A DNA stretch of 62,703 nucleotides, filler included. It is 6 parts of 6 records of this genome, joined end to end, with 100 filler letters (N's around TTAATTAATTAA, not from the genome) between each part and the next. Parts side by side here need not be neighbours in the genome. Positions count along the whole stretch, not along the records: positions 13,896 to 31,457 come from SRR20825019_195; 5 more parts are not named here. One strand, written 5' to 3'. The first letter of the stretch is position 1, and each line of letters opens with the position of its first letter. The notes under the pieces are model-generated. The model saw nothing but the letters and a program-made list of their open reading frames with translations, was not told the origin of the DNA and searched no databases. A program made the translations under genes and the position numbers. This document shows positions 19,115 to 31,557 of this stretch, piece after piece.

Positions 19115-21870
19115 CTACGCTTCGACCTCGTCTGCTGTGCCCCCCAAGGAAACCTTGGCGGTCCTCAACCCTGAGTGAGCAATCCTGTTCGCGGCCCCGC
19201 CAAACAATCTGTAGCCACGCTGAATCACCGATTCACTGCCTTCACCATGGTTTGCCACATCCCTTGCGCCTGTCGCAGAGTACTCGGCCTGCAATTCGCC
19301 GATCGACTGATCCACGTCGTGCTGGTCAGGTTCATCACCGTATTCATCATCGCTTTCCATTACTGTTGGCAAGGTCTTCCCCATACGATAGGGCGGATGA
19401 CTGTCTTCATGCGGGGGCTGCCTCTCCTCAGCACTATCGTTCAAAGCGTTCACATTCCCTTCCGATCGTCCCGAGCGACCATGCTCGCCATCGCCATCGC
19501 CATCGCCACTATCACCGTCGTGATCATTATCAAGGATGTACTGAGCGCCCCTAAATGCTAAGGCTCTCTTAAGTCCTACTGGTGCTGGAGGAAGGATTCC
19601 ATCATCGCGGAGCTGCAATATACATGTCAATCATCAGCAGGCGAGTCTCCGCACCAGTGCCATACCCGCTGGAACGTTTGGCTCCAGTCCGCAAGTTTCT
19701 CATGGGTGCTCTCGGGCATTACGTCATCGTAATGACCCAAAATAGCGCTCGCCGGAGAATGCATCTCTTCTCCCACGAGACCCTGGTCTTTCATGTAGTA
19801 GTGCATGATCTTGCTGGTTCCAGCGATGACGTTATTCAGGTCAAAGGCCGCCTGGACCGTCATTAGCGATTTATCATCAACAGTGCAACATCTGTCCTCT
19901 TACAGTAATTGTGACGGGAATGTGGTCCGATGACGCACACATGGGATGCAGACATGCGACATAATTACCACAGAACCACTGACTATCATCTCCTGCCCTC
20001 ACAAAGACACGGTCCTGTACACCACCGGTATTAGAATCCTAGGAATCACCAATTCATCAAGAAATCGAGAATCCCATATACATACCGTATATGAGGGCGT
20101 GTGAAATTCGCCCGTGATTCCCAAACCCTTCTTGAATCCGTTCAAAAGCGAAGTTTTTGTATTCTTAGTAATATATACAAGCGGGCGATCATAGTTTCCA
20201 TTCCTCACAACACTAACACCTCCCTTTTCTGGTAATGTGAAGTCGGTGATCTCTCCCTTTGCATACCTTTCCATTTCTCTTTCAGAGATCGGCATATGCT
20301 TGTACGAGGGCGGGAACATAATTCGGTACTCGGAAAACTTTCTCGCCTTCAAGGGGTGGATTTTGTCGTCACTAATGAGGTACTCATCATGGCTCAATAA
20401 GCGGGGAATTCCCGAAGGCGCTTCGATTGCACTTGTAGCCTCACCCGTTTCAATATTCTGAAGGCGATAGTTCATATCTCCCATCAAGAACTACAGAATT
20501 CAGTCACTAATTTCGCTCAAAAGACGCTCTGGTGCAGCACAAAATTACCTCGATTCCGCCAGATGCATCTCCTTCATAATGTCTACTGATGGCATCCTCA
20601 AAATAATTAAGAAGGCTGTTCAGAGCACTGTTCCTGGCTTCGATTTTCGTGTCACCGCTGGGAAGGTGAGTAGTCATAAATGTAAGGGGCTTGTGCAAGA
20701 TTGTGCTTCCATCCTCTCGGCTGGGGTATGCAAGATCGAAGATAGCCCCGACTCCTCCCTTCCCGGTGAAAATGCCTTTGTTGGTTTCCATCTTTTTCAT
20801 CATGGCCTATCACTGCGGTCAGAGGCTTCTCCTATTCATATCTATGCAGGCTGCCATACCTTAAATGTGACTTTTTCACGGCATGCCCTATGGGTAAAGA
20901 CCAGCAGCACTTGAGTTCCTTGGGAACAGGGTAACAGAGATACGGATTTTTCCAAGCGACGTTGTTGCTTGCCCTCAATACGCTCCGCAGGCACATTGAC
21001 ACCTTCCGGCCGGTCGTGATTCTCGACGCCTCCATCGAGAGCATCATCGTAGTAGTCTCCATAAACATCAACGATAGCTTGAAATATCTTAGTGCGGAGC
21101 ATCTTGAGGTCATCCGCGAGTGTCTTCTTGGTGCTTCTGAATTCCTGCAGGCCTAAGGGAAAGTCAGCGCCACGCCAGCCCGGCCCTCGCACGTGAGCCG
21201 CAATGTCATCCTCGCTCACCAAAAGCAAGAATATGGGGGCGAACGCGGAAATCTTGGCCCTTCAAGTGATGAATATCACCGCCACGCATCTCGGCAAAGG
21301 TTGCCGTTCCGGGCAGATTGTGGCTGGACTGGCTTGTAGGGGCGGTAGACCTCAACAAGGCCGCAAATTGACTGACGGAAGGGATGGGATTGCCTTCACC
21401 AAGGTTCCACGTCTGAACTCACATCAGTCCGTTGTCCCAAAACTGGCCAGGTGGAACGTGCGCATTGAAAAGACCCTTACCGTGGCTTTGACCGTCAGCT
21501 TTCCCATGTTGCAAGTGTCGTGTTTTAAGGGACCTAGATTACGAATAGTCGATCTGCGAGTGAGGCACACCGTTAGACCACTGTCGCCTATAACGAACAA
21601 GGGGCACATGCACTAAAACGAAATAGATAGGGACTGTGGTACTCACTCCTTGAAGGTTGCTGTTTCGCTGTCAGCATCATGCACTGGCTCGTCATCCAGT
21701 GGCTCGTAATAAGGGGCTACGGTCGATTTCTTGTACTTCCCCCAAAACGCCGCCCTCCTCTTGAGAGCGGCTTTACCGAGGCTTGGTTGGTCGTCATCAG
21801 ACGCTACAACAACACAAACAAGTGCCGCAAGAATCAGTGCCGCCACCAGCCAGCGTGCGTCCGCTTTCAT
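19115..21870 (-). CDS. Inositol polyphosphate 5-phosphatase (EEP fold) with N-terminal signal peptide and acidic tail, multi-exon
   Basis: In order across exons: LGLQE, GKGGVG, FMTTHLPSG, MGDMNYRL, IMFPPSYK, TPSYT/DR and SSDHIPV. N-terminus is MKADARWLVAALILAALVCVVVASDDD. Confidence 0.85.
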
Positions 21871-21999
21871 GGCCGCAAGAGAAGCCAGTGTGGGCACTGG
21901 TGAGGAGCAGAAGTGAATATCATATTTATGACTCGGCCTTTGCCACTGCTGGTAACTGCTTCGGTCACTCAGTGACGGTAACCGTGAGTGCATAGCACG

Positions 22000-22660
22000 C
22001 CGGGCTGACTGAGGCTGTGGGTACGCGGATGGCGGCCCGGGCGGCTGGGCCGGAGCCGGAGCCCAATGAAAGCTGGGCCCCTGACGGGACGGGCCCCTCC
22101 GGCCGGCCCACCTCCTTGCCTCGCAGGTCCGGGCGCGCGGCCGGGCCGCCGGCCGGCGGGCGCCGGCGGTCACACTGGACTGGACTAGCGACTGCAGCAG
22201 CCCGCCCGACGCGGGGCTGGACTGTGTAGAGCTAGAGGCTGTCAGCAGTTAGTGAGTATTACAGTATCTCTAGTTATAACGAATATCGCTGTGTTTCTAA
22301 AGAAAGAAGCCATACTGAACGACGGTCAAGGTCAACTTGAGTTGGCCGCGCGCGCCGCGCGGGCCCCCGGCCGGCCCCGCCGGCTGCCGGGGGGGCGGCG
22401 GGCCGGGGGGGCGCCGGGCCCGGGCGTGGTCGCCGGCCGCCCGGGCCGCCCGGCGTGGCCGGTGAGGTGGCCGTTCAAGCGCTTGCAGGCGAGCTGACGC
22501 GCCTGTCGGCCCGGCCGGCCCCCAATGAGTGGCCCGCCCGCCCGACCCCGTTGCAGTGAGGCACCGGCGCGGGGGCGGCTGCCCACGTCGCCGGTACCTC
22601 ACTGACTAGCGGCGCGCCACGGGCGCGGGTGGGCGGGGAACGGCCGGTAACCCTGTGGCG
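22000..22660. promoter_or_regulatory. Paired extreme-GC islands with an AT-richer core, between divergent genes
   Basis: GC blocks at ~22030-22220 and ~22345-22650 around a core at ~22250-22340. Confidence 0.6.
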
Positions 22661-22773
22661 TCGCTGGAGTCACTAACAGCTTGAGCGGTGCGCAGTAGGC
22701 CTAGTCGAAGAACTTCTATCCTGGTTTCATATAGCTGTCTAGGTTGCTCTAAATCTTGTGATCCGACTCCAAT

Positions 22774-25452
22774 ATGTCGAAATGGCTCTCCGAGGGGTTG
22801 AACTGGGCCGAGTCGGTGGGTGCTATTCTTGTTTTGAACTGGTGCGAACTTCTGACAGAAAATAGGTTCTCGAGAGTGTAGACCAGAAAGCGGGAGAGAC
22901 GATTGAAAAAGTGAAAGAGGAAGTTGTACTTAAGGGTAAGTTGTTTATGTGACTGAGGTGTTATGGACTAATGCGAGCTTAGGCAAGGACAAGGTTGGGC
23001 TGAGTGCGTCCGGCTCAGAGACGGACCTTGTGGAGAAATCATAGTAAGAACTACCTATCTTCTTTGGAATATTTTTTGATGGAACTGCAACAGCATCAAA
23101 CAAAGCAACAGTGCGAGCGAGGGGCTGGAGGCTCTCGAGCGTGCTCGCAGCTTTCTTGCCGATGACTCCGCAAGTGACAAGGACGATGAAGATGTCCCTG
23201 TAGCATCAACTCAGGTAGTCCCGATGCTCTGGGCTTTAGCTGAGGTTTGGTGTTGATGTTGCTTGTTAGGGTAAAACGGAGAGTGGGAGCCTAGGCGGTG
23301 ATATAGTTCAGGAAGATGGACCTGTTGAGGTGATGTCGCCGAAGAGATCTGCGCCATCGACGCATGTGTCGTCTCCAGTACTTAAAGGTTTGAAGCCAGA
23401 TGCCGAATTGGGATCGTTGTGGCTACTTACGAGCAACAAATTTAGAGTCAAAACCTTTGCCGGGAGACAGTGAGGATGTTGCCCTCCTGAAGGGAGAGCT
23501 TAACTCCTTAAATCAAGAGTTTTCGGATCTAACGTCAAAGCTTCGCAAGGCCAAGGGTGGGTTGAATGGCCTTGTTATGGATGTTGTGACTAATGCTTGC
23601 TATGTCTTAGACAAGCTAGAGTACACGCAGCAGGTCTTGAAGGAGACAGAAAGAAACAAATCGGAGCTGGAGCGGCAGTTTGATGAACGTGTGGATGCGG
23701 TAGGTGTGTAGCTTTCCATATGTTCTTCCTATTGAATCACAACTGCAGGTGCTGAAGGAGAAAAGGGCGTTGGAGGAACAGTATAGCACGGCATTCATTG
23801 CCAAGGACCAGAAGGTGTCACGGCTTCAAGATGAAGTCAATGACCACGAAAAATTGCTCTCAGATGTATGCAAATTATTGCGCGCAGAACCTAGGGGAAT
23901 TGGCTGGCGTTCTAACATGTTGGTAGGCTAATGCACATATCGCGGAGCAAGATACAGCTATCGAGAAACTCGAGGGTGAGCTCTCGTCATTGAAGTCAGA
24001 CCACCGTGATGCGCTGGAAGAGTTGGGGAAACTTCAGATGACAGGGGAGGCGGAGCTCCTTGCCGAAAAGAAGCAGTATCAGAACGAGGTGGAGGACCTG
24101 AGGCCCTATGGTATGGCCGGAATCGCTGAACCCTATTCCAGGTGCAAGAATCGCGCTCGCGTGAGATGGAACTTGAGGAGGAGTGCGGACAGTACGCTAA
24201 ACTTCTTGCCACGAGCCAGCGCGCTGTTGATGAGAAGGTATCCGAGATAGCACGGTTGGACCAGCAGCTGCGGCTTTCGGAGTCCGAGGTGGAAAAGAAG
24301 AGCGGCGAACTCCATTCCGCACAGGTGCATTTTCTTGAGAGGATGTTTTTGTTTTGGGGCCGACTGACACTTATTCAGGTGGAATTAGAACACGAGATTG
24401 CAAAGACGCACCGCTTGACTGGCGACGTGGATGCATTGAAGAAACAGATTGTGTCTTGCCAATCTGAGTTGTCGGAGTTGAAGGATGCCGACAGCCGAGG
24501 TATTATCGCTGCAGCAGTGTTGTTTGGCGTTGTTCTCACTATACATGCTCTCTTAGCCAACGCCGCGAGCAAGCAAGTGGACACACTTCGCATGGAGGTG
24601 ACACACCTTGAGGCCAAGGTGGAGGATCTCCAGGCGCAGTTGGATACCGCAGGGCCGGACCAAACCGCGATCTATCAGGAGAAGATGAAGGCACTTGCGG
24701 ATAGATCGGAAAAGCAGCGTGCTACCATCCAGGTGCGGGAGTGGTAGCTGCTGGATTGGCTTGCGCTGACATGTGCTGTAGGAACTGACTTCAAGTAACA
24801 CATCCCTTCAAGTCCAGATCGAGCAGTTGCGGAGGCACGCTACAATATATCACCATTGCTATGGATTGCTGACGCGTTCCCTATGTAGGCAAGCGAAGGA
24901 GGAGGAACTTTTGGGAAGCCGGGCATCCGTGACAGCTATGGCCCAGTCGGCCAAGTATCGAGAGGCCGCGGATGAGTTCGGCCTGAGGAGCCGCTCGCTC
25001 AATGTCAGCCAACGTGCGTCGAGTTCTATCCCGTGGATATGTTTGGGCATGTTTGGCTGACCAGTTTGCAGCCGTCATTCCTGACGTGATAGAAGAAAAG
25101 GCCCCTCGCGTGGCCGAGGCCGCTCGAGCCATCGACCAGTACTCATTGGCGACAGGTATCAATCTACGTGAGGTTTCAATTCTATATTCTCATTCCATAT
25201 TCAGGCTCCTTCCTGCGGACTCACCCCATGGCGCGCCTCGGCTTCGCCGTGTACATCATCATTCTTCATCTCTGGGTTTTCTTTGTCCTCATGAGCGCCG
25301 CTCATTTCCACACGCCCGCTCCCGCCACAGGTAAGATTAAGATGGTCCAGAATGTCGTGGGCCTGAGGTTTTCTCCTTCAGCACCGCATGTGACGAATGC
25401 AGCAAGCAGTGTAATGCCGGGCGTGCCCGGTACTGCCGCGAGGTCGATTTGA
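22774..25452 (+). CDS. Golgin-84 (GOLGA5)-like coiled-coil protein with C-terminal TM, multi-exon
   Basis: N-terminal MSKWLSEGLNWAES/VLESVDQKA motif, long heptad coiled coil, C-terminal FLRTHPMARLGFAVYIIILHLWVFFVL; many short introns. Confidence 0.88.
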
Positions 25453-25629
25453 CGAAGCCGAAGCCCCTGGAACGCAGTTGCCTTGTCGGTGATGGCGCAT
25501 CGAATCCTTATTTAAGAGTATAGTGCCATAAACTCCGGCGGCCGTCCTTGTGCCAGTGTGCCGCGACAGATTCAAAGATGTCCATGCGCGTCCTGGTGGG
25601 ATTTATTTGTTTCAGATTAAGGGTTGAAC

Positions 25630-28600
25630 CTACAGCTCAGGGTGACTGCTCCTCACGGCGCCGTCTCCATCTGACCGGAGTTCCGCTTCCCGTGCGTAGA
25701 TCCACGTGACATACCCGCAAAGCAACACGAATAATAGTAGCAACAGCATGAATATCTGATGCCTACGATCCCAGAGCTTCTCTTTTAGAGTCTTTTCGCG
25801 GACCTGGCGATTCTTTCGCTTCATGCCTGCCGAGCGCTCATGAGTGCACCATACACAAACATATATCTAGCTTCGCCGCACCTTTGTAGAATTTCTGGGG
25901 CTCATGCGTGCCAATGTCGGGCTGGGACTCCTCCTCCGGCTCAGGTGCGGGCTTGGCCTGTAAGGATTTGCACGCATCATTGCAATCTAGAAGCCTGGAG
26001 GACGCTAATCAGTACATCAAAACCATTCATTCCCCAAGCAACCTACATGAGGTCGGAGTACTCGATTCCACGTTTCAGCTGAGTGGATTGGACTTCTCTG
26101 CAAATCCATTCCTCCTTCAAGCGGCGGCAGCGGCATCGTACTACGGTCTTCTTGCTACATTCGTCAGCCCCTGGGCATGGACCCTCGTGACACACCTCGG
26201 CACACTGCATGCGCAAGTGAGATGGATTGATCACACACAAAACACGCGAAATCATCACCTTGTGCTTGCAGTAGGGCCTCTTCTTGTCGCAAATGTTGCC
26301 ACAAGACTTCCGGCTGGGAAGCTCGGCAAGCTCGCCACTATTGGAAACATCAGTAAGCTAGGTCTCAACGGCGCTGTGGACACATGTTGTAGCAAACTTA
26401 CGGGTGCACGGTCTGGTAACACGGAAGCAGTATGTCCACTTGCTCACAGTGGCATTTCATCTTGATCAGCTTCTCGCAGCGGCCGCAATCGTCTAAAGCA
26501 AAGCAACGTCAGGAACCCTAAATGCATTGGCTACGGGTCGTCACGGGCCCACCTTGGTGACATGCACGGGGGCATGGGTGGGGGCACGGGGGATCTCGGG
26601 GCCTTTCGCACATGCGCTCACATTGCCTGCAATCCGTTGCTTCGGTGTCGTGACACTCTAAGTCGCATGTATGGAGTCCACATTCCAAGGGCTGGCCGCA
26701 TGCTGCATTCAAAGAGTCATTTCAACCGGAATTCAACAAGCACGCAAAGCACTTACGCTTGTCGCATGAGTATTCTTGCGCCTCGGAGCACTTGAAAGTC
26801 GACGAAGAATGCCCTCCACGGCATTTTAGAGTCACTGCTTGACGTCATTGATCTGGTCATCACATTTGTCTGTTTACACTTACGAGGCTTTGCACACGGC
26901 TGGCACGCCGGGAACTCAAAGCCATCAGGGTAGGCGAATGTTGGTATATCAGGCTCATTCGCTGCAAGCATAGAGTCAGCCAAGGATTCCCGCACTCCGT
27001 CAAAATTCCAATAATACTTTTCTTCTTCTTCGACCCGGATGGTTGGACCGGGGGTGCCGGGGGGTCATGGCATGGCGCCGGGCACAAGTGGCCGCAAGGG
27101 AGCTTCTGACGGCATGGGATTGTGCAAGGCGGGCATTCACCTTGTCAAAATCACACTTAGCAGTCCGGCGCATCTCAACATGCAGGGTACTCACCAAAGT
27201 GGCATCGATGACTCTGTCTGAACCTATGGCGACAGCTAGGCTGGATTGCACAGGGGCGGCTGCACAGGGGCGGTTTAGCGTCCTTCTCCTTACCGCATGC
27301 AACGCGCCTCTTTGAGGCCTGAAGTCAACATCATTAGCATTAGGCACCCTCTGGGGATAGTACGCCCAACACACCTGGCAGCGACAAGTGATCTCCACAG
27401 TTCGAGGGCTGCATGCAATAGCATGAGCCACTCACTTCACCGAATAGTATTTCAACTCACCACGGAGCGCAGGGTCCAGAGTGGCATGTGGCTTGACACT
27501 TGCAATTACCGCAAGCAAGGCGACGCCCACATATCTGACAATAAAACGTTAATCGCCTCGAGGTATTAACGGGTCACGCAATAAGCACACACCTCATCGC
27601 ATGGAGGGCAGCTCCCTGGCGTGGTGGTGGTCGGGCAGCACCTCCTCTTGCATTGGTGGCGCCCACAGGAGCGGTTGTTGGCGCATTTGCGATCACATGT
27701 GAATGTCTGTTGCAATACAGAGCAACGGTCAGTAAACCCTGTGTATAGGATAGCCTGCATACACCGATACCTGGTGGCACGGGAGGGTCTTGGAAGTCTG
27801 CTCACACCGGCAGCTGCGTGTGACGAGAGTCCGACACGGAGGGCATTCCTTCTGGTGACAGCGCTCTGCACACCTAGCCACCAGCATAAGGCTAACCGCC
27901 AGGTCAATGCAATATGGGAAGAAATACCTATGATTTCCGCAGGGGAGGAGCTTGTCGCATGTCCGCCCGCAAGTCTTTGGTATCGCCTGATCACATGGGA
28001 GAGTGTACGTCTCACTTCCACACCTGCAACAAAACATTTGAGACATCACTCCATATTCGAAACGAGAAACGACTTGCCCGCAGCGCCTCTCTCCAGAATC
28101 TGCGCAGGAAGGACAAGGTCCAGAATGACAAACAACATCACATGTGTGGCGGCTACAGCTCAGAACTTCACGGCAAAATGAGAAATCAACCCGAGACGAT
28201 CAAGAGATGAAAACGAACCCTTGCCACAAACGTTCTTGCACTGGAAGCGCAGATCATCGCACCTCCTCTCCTGGGTCTCTTGACCGCATTGACAATCCTA
28301 AAACCAGTCAATGACCTGCGCACAAGACACCGCCGTGTCAGTTCTCACCTGGCTGCTCGTCTTGGTACAAGGTCGGCATTCGCCCTCGTGGCAGCGATCC
28401 TCGCACCGGTGCACGCCGCATGCCAATGGAAGGTCACACACGCGCCCGCACGTGAAACTGAAAAGGAAATGACGACTCCATTAGAGGCCACTATCGGCTC
28501 CAAAAACGTGAATTTCTTACCTGGGCTGACCGCACCGGCGCTTTTTCGTACTTCTTCCACAATAACAAGGCGCATCAACGACCCGCGGGCAGGGTGGACA

Positions 28601-29839
28601 CGGGCCAGCGTGGCATAGCAGTGCACATCTGTGGCCGCACTCCGAGTCAAGCGCCCGGTTGCACTGGGCCATCTGTTATCCTCGCGACCCCCTCGGAGCT
28701 AACTGTATCTCTCACCTTATCGCCGCATGAGTGAGGTACCAGCCAAAGGTCGACTGGGGGTGAATCCACTTTGCCACAGTAACACGTATATGACCTAACG
28801 AGGACCATCAGTCAGGATAGAACGTAGAGGGAGCCATTATGGTGACTGGTCCTTGGCAGGCTATCTTACCGAGGTGTGTCATTGGAGCCATATTCATTGC
28901 GGCAATTCGGGCAGTACCAGGAGTCACTAGGAGTATCTTCCATGTTGGAAAGGGCGGTCTTGTGCCGTGCCCAGCTGGAGACTTGTTAGATCTACTCCTG
29001 ATCCGAAGAAGGGCGTTGTCCGAAGCCTTCCCCAACCAAGCGCCACCCCAAATATACCCACGTTTGAATGCACGGAAGGTGGAATATGCAGTAGCAGCTC
29101 CTGCACTGCCACACCTGATCCTCGCGTCGGACCTGTTCGATACACACCACACAAGTACAGTTGCCGCCGGATACTACGCGTACAAATCAGAAACCTGAAA
29201 ATCAAGAGTGGTGATCAAGATGATCGCTCACCAGTCCCGATGATCTCCTCGGTGCGCTTCACCGCTCGTTCCACAGAGACCTTCCACGCGATTTCTTCTT
29301 CCGTCTCCACAGTGGCTAAGGACACAAGGCCACGCTAAGTTTTGAAAACGACACGGGCAAGCCTCGCCATCAAGTGCACCTACCGGGCTGAATCTCCTTT
29401 TCATAGTCACTGAACACTTTTGACTCGGCATCGTGGCTTCGGTGCACATCGTCCTGCAGCAAACATTAGCCAAAAGATTACCCCAAAACCGAAGTCCACC
29501 GGCCTCTCAAACAACACAAGTAAGGTATTAATCACGAACAGGAAATCAAATCAAAAATGAGGCTGCCGTTCTTCCTCACAAGTCAAGCAAAGATCTATCC
29601 CGTGTCCAACCCCATAAGCGAAAATCACGACATACCTTAGAAGTGCCATCAGCCTCAAGTCTTGCGGCCTCCAGCGCCGCCTGTGCCGTCGGGTGGAGAT
29701 ATTCGGTGGCGCTTTTGGCAGATGGCGCGTCGGCATGCACCGGCTTGACGGCAGGCTTGGGTGGCATGGATTTGGAGGGAACGCCGCGGCCACGCCCTCG
29801 GCCACGCCCAGCTGGCAAAACAACGTTGCTAGCCTCCAT
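25630..29839 (-). CDS. NF-X1-type zinc finger protein (NFXL1-like) with RING and C-terminal TM, multi-exon
   Basis: [40 protein letters not shown], repeated CxxxLxCGxHxCxxxCHxGxC units, hydrophobic [16 protein letters not shown] tail. ATG 29839 is probable. Confidence 0.9.
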
Positions 29840-29899
29840 ACTAGGGGTCCTTTCAGTTTCCCGGATCAAAAAGGTTTTTGAATATTTCTAATGCAATCT

Positions 29900-30240
29900 T
29901 GTTAAGCGTGGTCGCCCCGGCGGCGTGTTGCTGCCGCCTGACATTGATCGCTGGCCAGACCCGAGGCCGTCCGGGTCCGCGGGACTGACCGCTGCGCCTG
30001 GGGCGACCCGCGGCTCCGGGGCCGCGAGTCCGGTGCGCGGCCGGCCCCGGGCGGCCCCGGCCGGCGCCGGCGCCGGCCCCCGGGCGGCCGGTGGCCGAGG
30101 TGCCCGGCCCGGCGGCCGGCCCCGGGCCGGCCCGGCCGGGGCGCACCGTTCAGGCCCGGGGCGGGTGCGCCCCCAGCCGGCCCGGGGGAGCCCGCGGCCC
30201 GAGACCGTCACCGGCGAGGCTGCGGATCGGATGCCGGATC
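29900..30240. promoter_or_regulatory. Extreme-GC island upstream of the NFXL1-like gene
   Basis: Single GGCC/CCGG-dense block, core ~29990-30200; only one gene start is nearby. Confidence 0.6.
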
Positions 30241-30323
30241 TCAGCGAAGCGTCAGTTAGTCAAGCAGACTCAGTAATTTATAATCAGGGTATCAATTGAC
30301 ATAGATGACTGCAGGTATGGGTC

Positions 30324-31390
30324 TCAGACATGATCATCATCGTCAATAGGGTGGATCAACGGTGCCTGGAGCGCCGACAAGCGCCCTGGAGACCGTACGG
30401 TCGTCCGCTTCCGGGCCCCAGCACCACCCCACACCCTGACAGCCTCGGACTCCAAGGCAGAGCCCGCACTGCAGAGCCAGTCCTCCCACGTTGCATCGTT
30501 TGAGAGGATATCGACGAGCTCTGATGACGACGGTCGGGCCGCCGGATCCGCGCTCCAGCATCGGCGGATCACATTCGCAATGTTTGTGCCCCCCGAAGCA
30601 GAATCAAATTCAGGCCGGCGTCCGTCCAAAACGGCCGAGACAATATCAGCAGACCACTTACATTCACCGAAGGGTACACGCCCGGTGATCACTTCGAAGG
30701 CTGTACTACCAAAACTAAGGCCGGGTCCAGTTAGACAATTTCGTTGGGCGTAGACACAAGCACTCCATTATTCCGCAACATATAATCTATTCCCAATCAC
30801 ATCGTGCCCACATCATATTGAACATTACCTGAATATGTCCGCAGATACACCATAAGGGGCGTTGGTCATCCCAGAAGAATCATCATCTTCAGCTGCCGTC
30901 CGCCGCAGCACCTCGGGCGCACAATACTGAAAGGTCCCCACGCACATGGTTCGGTCCATATTTTTCTCTTCGCGGGATACGCCTGTGCCCATAGTCATAA
31001 AATTGAGAGTGATTTGCAAGTCAACAGAAGTAATGTCAGAAGGAGAAGGATAGAAAGTGCACGTTAGAGAGAGGGCGTGGAAGCGTTGATATCCACCCAC
31101 CGAAGTCTGTTATTTTCGCATTGTACTTTTCCGCGATGACAACATTGTCAGTTTTCAAGTCCCGGTGGATAATAGGCGGGTTGCGCGTGTGCAGATACTC
31201 CAGTCCGCGCGCAATGTCTAGTTATCAAAACATTAGAATCGGCCCTCCCAATAGCGTAATATACGCACCTATGATGATGCGCCGCTTGACTCTCTTATGC
31301 AGGGGCGGGCCGTCTTGCAGGATAGAAGCAAGAGACCCTTGAGGAGCGTATTCCAATATTAAGTAGGATGGATTCAAACAATATCCCTGC
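30324..31390 (-). CDS. Tyrosine kinase-like (TKL) Ser/Thr protein kinase, 5' truncated, multi-exon
   Basis: [58 protein letters not shown]. Confidence 0.92.
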
Positions 31391-31432
31391 AGCAAAATCA
31401 GGGCTCCGGCGTGTATCCAATAAAGGGAAAGT

Positions 31433-31457
31433 GGGGGGGGGGGGGGGGGGGGGGGGG
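31433..31457 (+). repeat. G25 homopolymer at contig end
   Basis: Run of 25 G before the spacer. Confidence 0.9.
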
Positions 31458-31557
31458 NNNNNNNNNNNNNNNNNNNNNNNNNNNNNNNNNNNNNNNNNNN
31501 NTTAATTAATTAANNNNNNNNNNNNNNNNNNNNNNNNNNNNNNNNNNNNNNNNNNNN
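31458..31557. other. Synthetic contig spacer
   Basis: Same linker. Confidence 0.99.

Noticed and set aside
13896..31457. Terminal G25 runs as element termini or evidence of circularity
   Set aside because: The content is ordinary nuclear genes with a truncated kinase; assembly breaks at homopolymers or poly-G artefacts are the simpler explanation.
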